This document shows positions 1 through 8,680 of a stretch of 64,000 bases of DNA, in pieces. The stretch comes from Naegleria gruberi. Its lineage: Eukaryota. Both the position numbers and the translations under genes were made by a program. Position 1 is the first letter of the stretch, and each line of letters opens with the position of its first letter. The stretch lies in NCBI GenBank assembly GCA_000004985.1, contig GG738848.1; one strand, written 5' to 3'. Below the pieces are notes generated by a model, which saw nothing but the letters and a program-made list of their open reading frames with translations, was not told where the DNA came from and searched no databases.

Positions 1-571
1 ACTCTTAACTAAAATTACTAGTATTTTCCAAATCATTCTCGGACTCTTCATGGCCTTGTATCATTTGGCCACAATTATTCCTTGGTATATGAATTCATTG
101 AGTGTTTATGGTACTCATAGTTTGTTCTTAGTGGCGGGAGATTTGTTCATTCTTGGGTTGGGAATATTAGGTGTCTTGATCGGATTCCAAGTTGGAAAGA
201 TTAAGAATGATGAGAGAACAGCAACTTTCATGTACACTGGTGGATGTCTATTTGTCATTCCAACCATTGCTTGGATTTTAGCTGCTCAAGGTGCTGTTGA
301 ATTTTCCTTGACAGTTCTCTATTCAAAAGTTTTAATATTCCCAAAGACCATGACAGCACAAACAAAACTTGCTCTCCTCTATTTGGATCCTGCTTTTTCT
401 TTTGCTTTCATGCTCTTGACAGCTATTGTTGCAATTATTTCACTTGTGGCTGCTGTCAAGAATGTTAAGAGAGCTGTTCCACAACTTTTTGACGGATCAG
501 GTGTATCAAAGAATGTGGAAACATCTGAAGAACATCAAACATCCTATGTTGCCTTTAACAATAAGCAATAA
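1..571 (+). CDS. 3' part of a multi-pass membrane protein gene; the ORF is open to the window start (5' partial)
   Basis: The frame of ORF 50..571 stays open back to nt 2 with no stop, so the gene begins upstream of the window. Hydrophobic helices (ILGLFMALY..., LFILGLGILGVLIGF, CLFVIPTIAWILAA, FAFMLLTAIVAIISLVAAV). TAA stop at 569-571. No family recognised. Confidence 0.5.
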   Translation, partial: LLTKITSIFQIILGLFMALYHLATIIPWYMNSLSVYGTHSLFLVAGDLFILGLGILGVLIGFQVGKIKNDERTATFMYTGGCLFVIPTIAWILAAQGAVEFSLTVLYSKVLIFPKTMTAQTKLALLYLDPAFSFAFMLLTAIVAIISLVAAVKNVKRAVPQLFDGSGVSKNVETSEEHQTSYVAFNNKQ

Positions 572-742
572 ATTAGATTTTAAATTATTGTATTCAACAC
601 TGATGAGTAATTGTGAATTTGACATTTAAAATAAAAATTTGGAGTGATGACATTCCATCAGAAAATTAATGAAATTTGGAATTAAACCAAATGGACAATA
701 AAATGTTATTAAATTGAATTGAATTTATCAAACTGGCCTAAT

Positions 743-1785
743 TTATTTGAAATTATTTTCAAAATCAGCAGCAACCAAATCAGCCAAAGTTCTGGCAGAG
801 GTTGAGCCCAACTTGGCACGAGTTTGAAGCTTCAATTCAATTGGATAGTGATCACTAACTTCAGCAGCTTGAGCTCCAGTGAGAGAAAGAGCAGTATCGA
901 ATCTATAAACACTAACAGAGTTGATTTCAAATGCAGCACCATCGGCAATCTTCTTATCAGCCATACCCTTTGAAACAATAAATCTATCGTATGGACAAGA
1001 AGAAGAAGCAACAGTGGTATCCATATCATCAGTAATCAACCAAGTATACTTTCCATTTCTAAATTTGAGAGCAGCAAGTTGTTTACCAGAAACATATCCA
1101 CATCCAGCATTAAAGTCTCCCATCATGATTGTGTTTTCATAGAACTTTTCATTCTTGAGTTGTTCATAAACTTCTTGCATGTGATTGAGTTCGTTAACAG
1201 CATCAGATGGTTTGATGTGACAGCCCATAATTGCAAATTGGACATTCTTCAACTTGGCATCTGATGTGACCAATTGATAAACAAAAGTGAAAGGAGCACG
1301 TTCAAACCAATTGTTACGTCCTTATATTGCACAGTCTTGCCCATCTTGATAAGATTACTATTGAAAATGACACCATATTGTTCCTTTTGAGTTGGTTCCT
1401 ATCTTTCGCTCAAAACATAACTATAACGTTTATCACCTTCACCCAACAATCTAGCCAAAATGTGGAATGCTTGATCAGAGGAATCTCTCACTTCTTGAAC
1501 GAGAATCAAGTCGTATTGAGATAGAATTTTGGTGAGAGCAGAGGCAACATTTTGCTTTTGCATCTTTTTAGTTCCCAATACTTGAATATTGAAAGAACAA
1601 ATACGAATGCCATTGGAAGTTTTACTCTCCAACACTGCAGTATCTTGTAAGGAACTAACTGAAGTCAATGAATAACCATGATAGTGTCTTTGATAGAGAG
1701 CTTCAGTTGATCCGAACATGAATGAGATCATCAAGGAAGCAATTAAACATGCAACAACTACCAATAAAATGTTTCTTCTCATCAT
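743..1785 (-). CDS. Secreted DNase I-like nuclease, interrupted by an 80-nt non-canonical insertion
   Basis: Two minus-strand ORFs in different frames. The 5' block 1402..1785 starts at the first ATG, 1785 (MMRRNILLVVVACLIASLMISF, a signal peptide), then IRICSFNIQVLG...YDLILVQEV...YSYVLSER. The 3' block 743..1321 reads GRNNWFERAPFTFVYQ...MGDFNAGCGYV...SDHYPIELKL. Together they align colinearly with DNase I (YHYVVSEPLGRNSYKERYLF...SDHYPVEV). Removing exactly 1322..1401 joins R|G in frame, but that 80 nt begins with an in-frame TAG and has no GT..AG boundaries. Confidence 0.6.
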
Positions 1786-2786
1786 CTTGATGTATGGAGT
1801 ATGAATCACCTATTAAAAATATATAATAATATTGTATGATGCGTGATGATAATCCGTTTACAGAAAAGACGATAAAGACTTGTCTGTGTCGCTGTTTTTT
1901 TACTATGATGAAATTAAGCGTTGTTGTTTTTGCCTTCCAATAATAAAAAGATTGTAATCGAAAGGCATGTAACAAAGATTCGGAACATATTGCGAGTTGT
2001 TTCTAGTTTAAAACTGAACAAAGATGACTCACCTAATATTATTGCAACTGTGGTTGAAAGATAATGGTGTAAATAAATATGAGAAGATGATTGTGCTTTC
2101 CGAAGGTGAGCTTTGCAATGAGGAAAAACTTTAACTGAGATTTTTTAAATCTGGACTGTAGATGGATTGTCGGTTTTTTCAAAATATTATATTGAGGCTC
2201 AAGTTGTGGTAATAATTCATTTTATGCAGGTTGGGCAAATGTGATGATTATAAACCCCGACTGAGCTTACTGTGTTTTCCCTCCAAGTAAGGTTCATGGA
2301 AACTTGAAGGTGAATACGACCTAGAAATTAGTTGCCTCATCAAATGGGTTGCACTCTATAATCCAAATCTCAAAATACAATTGAATAGATTAGATTATTA
2401 TCCAATTTTCTCTCAGGCCTGTTTCTACTTCTTACTGCTTGACAAAGAGATTCTTTGCTGCCTTGTCATCATTATTATCCTCACTCAAATTTTTAATACC
2501 CAACATTCCGAGCAGTGTAAGGAACAAGAAATCTTAAAATAGATCAAGAATAAACGTTTACTATCGATATTATCAATTAAAAAACAAAAAAAATCTATTC
2601 ACCACCACTCTTTTGTTGGATTGTGTGATTGACAAATTTTCTCTCAAACGTTCAAGTTGGATAATTCGTGTTTTTGGAAACAATTTATAGTAATATTACG
2701 AGACTATTTGTACGTTTTTTAATTCGACAACACTTGATATTGATTATCGGATTGTATTATTGGATTATAGTTGATTATAAATTACA

Positions 2787-4388
2787 ATGAAAGTAAATAT
2801 TAGATGCTCTAATGGTGATACTTTTGCCGTTAATGATGTTGATCTTAACCAAACTGTTGCTGAATTCAAACAAGTTGTTGCTGACCAATCACAAATTCCT
2901 GCCAGTGACCAACGTTTGATTTATAGAGGTAAGGTGTTGAAGGATCAAGCTACCCTGAAGAGTTATGGAGTTGAAGATGGTCTAACTGTTCACTTGGTGA
3001 GAGGAACACCAAAACCAGCAACAGCCACACCATCAACTACTACTACTAGTACAACAGCCACCACCACTCCTACAACCACCACAACTACAACACCAACTCC
3101 TACAACCACAACACCAACCACAAATACAACTACCTCTACACCAACCTCCACTCCATCAAATAATACTACAAACCAACAACAACAACAAAATCCATTTAAT
3201 ATGTTTGGAGGTATGGGAGGTATGGGTAATATGTTCGGAAATATGGGAAGTGGTGGAATGCCAAATATGGATCCAAATACAATGCAACAAATGATGAATA
3301 ATCCTATGGTTCAAAGCTTAATGAATAATCCTGATTTTATTCGTGAAATTATGGGCACTAATCCACAAATTCAAGAAATTATGAGAAATAATCCTGAAGT
3401 TGGAAGAATGCTCCAAGATCCTGAAATGATCAGAAGAGCTATGGAAATGTCAAGAAATCCTGAACTCATGAGAGAAATGATGAGAAATACTGATTTGGCA
3501 CTCAGCAATATTGAAAATCTTCCTGGTGGATTTGATGCTCTCAGAAGAATGTACAGTGATGTTCAAGAACCTCTTCATGAAGCCACTAGTGAAATGTTGA
3601 GACAACCAAATCAACCAAACACTACTCCAAATCAACCAACAAATAATGTTCCAAGTGGACAACCATTCAACATGTGGGGAAATAACCCACCACCAACAAC
3701 TGGAACTACTACTACCAACACAAATACAACTAGTAATAATAACACTACCACTGGTACTAATCAAAATACTAATCCATTCTCAATGTTTGGAAATATGGGA
3801 GGAATGGGAGGTATGGGAGGAATGGGTGGAATGCCAAATATAAACCCACAACAAGCCCAACAAATGATGAATAATCCATTCATGCAACAAATGATGCAAC
3901 AAATGCTCTCAGATCCTAACACATTGGATCAATTGATTGGTTCTAATCCAATGCTTCAACAAATGTCACAACAAAATCCAATGCTGAGAACCATGTTGGG
4001 TAATCCACAATTTATTCAACAAGTCATGCAATTGCAAGGGTTATTAAATCAAAATCAACCTCCAAATACAACCACTAATACTGGTACAACGCCAACTGGT
4101 ACACCTAATCCATTTGAAAATTTGCAACAAATGATGCAAGGAATGAATTTGGGAGGAAATACAGGAGGTCAAAATCCATTTGCCATGTTTGGTAATCCAT
4201 TTATGGCACCTCAACAACAAACAAACCAACAACCACCTAGAGAACGTTTTGCTACTCAACTGACTCAACTTCAAGAAATGGGCTTTTTCGATGAACAATC
4301 AAACATTGAAGCTTTACTTGTGGCTAATGGTAATGTAAATGCAGCAATTGAATATCTCCTTTCCAATCCTCCTCCAAGCAGAAACTAA
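2787..4388 (+). CDS. Ubiquilin (Dsk2-like): N-terminal ubiquitin-like domain, STI1 repeats, C-terminal UBA domain
   Basis: ATG at 2787 and a single 533-aa ORF. UBL domain MKVNIRCSNGDTFAVNDV...LIYRGKVLKD...VHLVRG. Met/Gly/Asn/Pro/Gln-rich STI1-type repeats (NPMVQSLMNNPDFIREIMGTNPQIQEIMRNNPE). C-terminal UBA domain (QLTQLQEMGFFDEQSNIEALLVANGNVNAAIEYLL). Long poly-Thr and poly-Gln linkers. Confidence 0.9.
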   Translation: MKVNIRCSNGDTFAVNDVDLNQTVAEFKQVVADQSQIPASDQRLIYRGKVLKDQATLKSYGVEDGLTVHLVRGTPKPATATPSTTTTSTTATTTPTTTTTTTPTPTTTTPTTNTTTSTPTSTPSNNTTNQQQQQNPFNMFGGMGGMGNMFGNMGSGGMPNMDPNTMQQMMNNPMVQSLMNNPDFIREIMGTNPQIQEIMRNNPEVGRMLQDPEMIRRAMEMSRNPELMREMMRNTDLALSNIENLPGGFDALRRMYSDVQEPLHEATSEMLRQPNQPNTTPNQPTNNVPSGQPFNMWGNNPPPTTGTTTTNTNTTSNNNTTTGTNQNTNPFSMFGNMGGMGGMGGMGGMPNINPQQAQQMMNNPFMQQMMQQMLSDPNTLDQLIGSNPMLQQMSQQNPMLRTMLGNPQFIQQVMQLQGLLNQNQPPNTTTNTGTTPTGTPNPFENLQQMMQGMNLGGNTGGQNPFAMFGNPFMAPQQQTNQQPPRERFATQLTQLQEMGFFDEQSNIEALLVANGNVNAAIEYLLSNPPPSRN

Positions 4389-4972
4389 TTGTAAACTTAT
4401 CTTGTTCAATAATAAAATTAAAAATATTTGTAAAATAAGATGTGAATAAATGAAAGATTTAGTGAAGACATCAAATTGTAATATTTATTAAAGTTCTTGT
4501 ATCGTAAAGACTTAGAGACGAAATGAACTAATAAACATATATGTTAAATAGAATGAAAAAAAACATTGTTTCAAATAATTAGAAACTCATTCAGTGATTT
4601 TGAAAACACTTCAACATATTCACCAAATAAGGAAGCTTTCAAATTAATTAACAGTTATTTTATTAAGATATTAAGGGATATTCAATATGAATACTAATCA
4701 CTGAATTTTACAATGATCATGATGGAAGTTGTGAACATTATTGTTGGGATGATTGTTTGTTAGAAGGATATGGTTCATGGTCAGCATATTGGCTTTCTGG
4801 TGCAGAGTGGTGGGGATGCTATTCACTAACTTCATACGATTTCATTAAGGAGAGATTTGTTGTGGCCATTGCTTCTACTAGTGATTAAAAGTTTTTTAAA
4901 AGTTTGCATGGAAGAGAATGAAGGGTGTATAAAATTGGGATGCTTAGTAATAAATCTTGTCTGTCCATTATT

Positions 4973-4977
4973 AAAAA
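4973..4977 (-). terminator. Pol III T-run terminator of 5S copy 1
   Basis: TTTTT immediately 3' of the 5S 3' end on the minus strand. Confidence 0.5.
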
Positions 4978-5095
4978 GACTACAGCACCACAGGTTCCCA
5001 AGTTGTCTCCAACCTCAGTACTGATGTGGCTCGAAGATGCTTAACTTCTCAAATCGGACGGGATGAGGTGCATTCATCGTGATATGGCCGTAGCC
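4976..5095 (-). rRNA. 5S ribosomal RNA, copy 1
   Basis: The reverse complement reads GGCTACGGCCATATCACGATGAATGCACCTCATCCCGTCCGATTTGAGAAGTTAAGCATCTTCGAGCCACATCAGTACTGAGGTTGGAGACAACTTGGGAACCTGTGGTGCTGTAGTCTTTTT. This matches the eukaryotic 5S consensus, including the CTGGGAA..GGTGCTGTAG 3' end and a T-run Pol III terminator. Length about 120 nt. Confidence 0.85.
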
Positions 5096-5183
5096 AACAA
5101 TATTCCTTTAATCTTTAATATTAAGGTAACATTAGCCTAATCATGATTAGATAAAGGTTTAGTATTCTGAATAAATAATTTAA

Positions 5184-6213
5184 TTAAAACTTTCTATTGA
5201 TAATCCAATTCTTATACATGTGACCTGCCACAACCTTAATTTGATGATAGAATGAATAAAAATCCAATGTTGTAAAAAGTGCAGAAACGAAAGGATACAT
5301 GGCTCCACCAATAACACCAGGGAAACCTCGTCCATATTCCATCATGTAAGTATGAGGTTGAGATCTGTATGTACAAGCTTCAAATCTTGGCAAGAATGTC
5401 ATATCACCTGGTGTATAATGCAATCCTCTAATATTACCTGGTGTATAAGTTTCGTGATGTCCTGAAATTATATAATCATAAACATCCATCATGTATCTTC
5501 CTGAAAATCCTCCAGCTCCAACAGGTGATCCATAAAGCTGTTTCGAATAAAAAATTATTAAAATTTTGGTTTGGTTAACATACCAAAATATATTCAGTAA
5601 AGGAAAAGTGGAAAATTGCAATTTGTCCAAGAGCTCCCTGTTAATATTATTCACAATAAATAGATTAAATTTGATAATAAAATTACAATAAATTATCCTA
5701 AATCAATTTAAAACTTACTCCACACATATTAAACATCCATTGTTCCTTCATCTTTTTCGAATCAAAAAAGTCCATACTCTTCATGTCTGCACAATATTTT
5801 GGATACTTTTCATGTAATTGTCTCAAAATTTCCTCACATCTCAACTCGAAAATTGCATTTGGATTCTCAGCAGGCTCATTAAACTTTCCATCCATATCAG
5901 GAGTTTCTCGTGTCCATTTTCTTTCTTTGCAACCATCATATTTCAATGTACAAACTGTTGTTTCATCAGAGTGATTTATCTTCATTTCTCCAACTTGGTC
6001 AACTTTGAAATTATCTGGGTACTTTTTGACAGCACTTTTCACAATCTTGTCCAATTCCTTCGGATCAAACACAAATTGTGAAGCAAACAATTTTTCAAAG
6101 AACTTATTCTTGGCAGCCACGTAAAAGAAGAGGAATGTGGCCACGCAAGTGGTGAGGATAAGTGTGAGTGACATTTTTTTGTTGTGAAAAAGATTCTTGA
6201 TGTGGTTGGGCAT
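5184..6213 (-). CDS. Conserved membrane protein of unknown family (about 300 aa), 3 exons
   Basis: Exon 1 is 5719..6213, with ATG at 6213, a signal-anchor (MSLTLILTTCVATFLFFYVAA) and a Cys-containing lumenal domain. It ends ...NMCG at a GTAAGT donor (5713..5718). Intron 1 is 5638..5718 (81 nt, acceptor TTAACAG). Exon 2 is 5584..5637 (GALGQIAIFHFSFTEYIL) and ends at a GTATGT donor. Intron 2 is 5538..5583 (46 nt, acceptor GAAACAG). Exon 3 is 5184..5537 (LYGSPVGAGGFSGRYMMDVYDYIISGHHETYTPG...), ending in TAA. All junctions are in frame. An alternative 2-exon model skipping exon 2 is also in frame. Confidence 0.6.
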
Positions 6214-6793
6214 GCAGCAATCATTGATTTACAGTTTCGATAGGATTCGTATTCCGATGAGTACTTCCTGTAGTTAAGTGCTCGGTATTAACATTGTTAA
6301 GGTATGATGTCAAGTTACTTTCGACTAATTTTGTTTTCCTACTATTACAAAGCTGTATTCAATAGGAATCATGAAGTAGATTATAAGCTTTTTTCATCAT
6401 CCAGACGATGAATATTAAATTTCACATCAAATAGTCACTCGCTAATTCATCTAGCTTCCTTATCCATCTAATCTCCAACTTCTTGCAATGATCATTTCTT
6501 CCTTCGCTATGTGTTATCAATTCTCCATTTTTTTTGTAAATTTGAAAACAAATATTGGCGGCAAAGTCATCAAGGCACCAATTTAGAAATTAAGTAATGG
6601 CTAAAAAAGTTCCCGTTCAACATCCAAATAATAATAATAATTTTTTAATATATTCAGAAAAAAAAAGACAAGACACAGACTTGCAATTTTTTGTAAAGTA
6701 CGTCTCTGATAATTCGTAGGACTTGTTTTTTAACATTTATACAATATTTCTTATCTACTATTGAAAACAGATAACAACAACAATACATTTAAA

Positions 6794-7492
6794 ATGATTA
6801 GAAGAGGATTAAATTTATTGATTAGTCATCAATCATCATCATCTTTAATACAACAACAACAATACATTAAAAGATTTGCTAGTGTAGCTGCCTCTAAACT
6901 TGCAAATTCATTCTATGAATTAAAGGCTCAAGATATCAAAGGAAAAGTAACAGAATTTAAATCATTTGAAGGAAAAGTTTGTTTAATTGTCAATGTTGAT
7001 GAAGATGAATTGATCAGAATGAAGGTCAAGCATCAAATTACACATCCAGAAGAATTTAAACAATTGATGGAACTCAGAGAATTAATTCACAAGTTTGAAA
7101 ATAAGGAATTTTCTATTATTGCCTTCCCAACAAGGGAAGCTGAAGTTACCCATGAACATGTTGCTCCAGAATATACTCTTGATGATGTTTTATTGGATAA
7201 TGACAAAAAAGCTTCAAAAATTATCGGAAAGGATGTTTTCACAGTAATGAGACCTGTTCACTTGAACACAATGAAGGAACACCAAGTTTATGCCTATTTG
7301 AAGTATCAAGCTGAAGAATTAGAAAAGAAGATTGTTAAACATCCAGAAGAATTGAAGGGTGAAGATATTTCAATCAATGAAATGTTTACCAAGTTTTTGA
7401 TTAATAGAAAGGGAGAAGTTGTTGCAAGATTCGGAAAGAATGTTGAACCACAACAATTGGCCTTCTTGATTGAACAATTATTAAAGGAATAA
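6794..7492 (+). CDS. Glutathione-peroxidase-fold protein lacking the catalytic Cys/Sec, Gln and Trp (GPx-like pseudoenzyme), with an N-terminal presequence
   Basis: The first ATG is at 6794; the ORF-track M at 6761 is a TTG. GPx-family colinearity: SFYELKAQDIKGKVTEFKSFEGKVCLIVNV..., ...FSIIAFP..., ...KFLINRKGEVVARF. The NVAS-C-G peroxidatic site is replaced by NVDEDEL, FPCNQF by FPTREA, and WNF by EMF. Confidence 0.7.
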   Translation: MIRRGLNLLISHQSSSSLIQQQQYIKRFASVAASKLANSFYELKAQDIKGKVTEFKSFEGKVCLIVNVDEDELIRMKVKHQITHPEEFKQLMELRELIHKFENKEFSIIAFPTREAEVTHEHVAPEYTLDDVLLDNDKKASKIIGKDVFTVMRPVHLNTMKEHQVYAYLKYQAEELEKKIVKHPEELKGEDISINEMFTKFLINRKGEVVARFGKNVEPQQLAFLIEQLLKE

Positions 7493-7581
7493 ATTTATTA
7501 TTATTTATTTAATTATTAAACAATTACTACTCATTAAAATGTGAAATAGGTTTCAATTTTGATGGGTGAAATTTAATGTTG

Positions 7582-8479
7582 TTACAATTCAAAGACAGTA
7601 TCTTCTTTGTACATGTTATCTGGATCAGTACCTTCAAAAGCAGCTGAAATATAACCCAATTGATTACTCGATATTGGAATTCCATTAAAATTTTGATTTG
7701 AACTATAGTGGGTATGTCCAAAAATCCAATACTTTACAGGATCTTTACATAATTGACTCAAATCTGAGGAGAATGCATGGTTACACAACTTGGTATATTC
7801 ATCCAAATCATCTTTTTCATAAGTTGGTGAACTAACCCCTTTCAATAATGGAGCATGATGAGTGACAATGACAACATTTTTTCCTTGATGCTTTTCCAAT
7901 TCTTCAGTAAGCCATTTCACTGATTGTTCATAAATATTGGCAGTATCATCCACAACTAACTTTCTCTTCTTTTCATTTTCCATAATACTTATCATTTCAT
8001 AATCATTCATGGACTTTCGAATATTTTCATTCAACAATTTCATAATCTCTGTAAAAACTCACCTCTTGAACGACCACTCTAGCCCCCAATGGTACATGAC
8101 TCCACAACAAACATCCAATAAACACAACCTTAACTCCATCAATTTCCACCTCAACCGATCTCTGTTCCAGAAAATGCACATTCTCAAACTCTGCACTCAC
8201 ACTCTCCATTTGCTTCATCACTGTCCAATATTCATTATTATAACACTCATGATTACCAGCCACTACAATTACAATTCTATACTTTTCCGAACACTTCTTT
8301 AGAAAATCCCGATAACTATCCTTCATTGGATTTCCAATATCTCCCGCCAAAACTAAAACTTCTCGTGATGAAGATTTTTCTAGAATGGAGTTTCCGAATT
8401 TGCTCTTGTACTGACTCTCAAAATCATCCAGGTTTCGAAAGTGCTCAATGTGAAGATCACTCATGTATTGAATTTTCAT
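7582..8479 (-). CDS. Calcineurin-like metallophosphoesterase, 2 exons
   Basis: ATG at 8479. Exon 1 is 8063..8479 (SDLHIEH, LAGDIGNP, VAGNHE motifs) and ends ...VVQE at a GTGAGT donor (8057..8062). Exon 2 is 7582..8013 (VIVTHHAP, IFGHTHYS motifs). The preferred intron is 8014..8062 (49 nt, acceptor CGAAAG). The only other in-frame option is a 16-nt intron, 8047..8062. The MPP motif set is split across the two ORF-track ORFs 8027..8479 and 7582..8043. Confidence 0.7.
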
Positions 8480-8680
8480 TTTTTTTATTTTAAAAATCTT
8501 TGCAATATTTGGAAGTTTGAACTTGGTTTACAACACTTTTGTGAGAAACCATAAATGCAAATACGAAACTGAATCCATTATCCTTACAAATTGAAAGACA
8601 ATTTTAACAAGTTAACCATTATTTTTCAAATAATATATCATTATATTTCCATTTTAAGAATAATAAATTTATTAAAAAAA

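Noticed and set aside
1322-1401. Stop-codon reassignment (TAG as sense) to read through the DNase I junction
   Set aside because: The downstream block is in a different frame, so readthrough alone cannot join the halves. All other genes terminate cleanly at TAA/TAG/TGA.
3450-4298. Antisense and alternative-frame ORFs within ubiquilin (3450..3764, 3646..3843, 4044..4298)
   Set aside because: They are generated by the repetitive Thr/Gln/Met-Gly coding repeats of ubiquilin itself.
5654-5698. Treating 5184..5654 and 5698..6213 as two separate genes
   Set aside because: The upstream ORF ends exactly at a GTAAGT. The downstream ORF begins with a GTG (not an ATG) and lies inside good acceptor context. 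The in-frame joins give one protein.
8047-8062. A genome-wide micro-intron (15-16 nt, Stentor-like) splicing regime
   Set aside because: Every other junction I could resolve uses 43-81 nt introns. The single 16-nt candidate has a 49-nt in-frame alternative.
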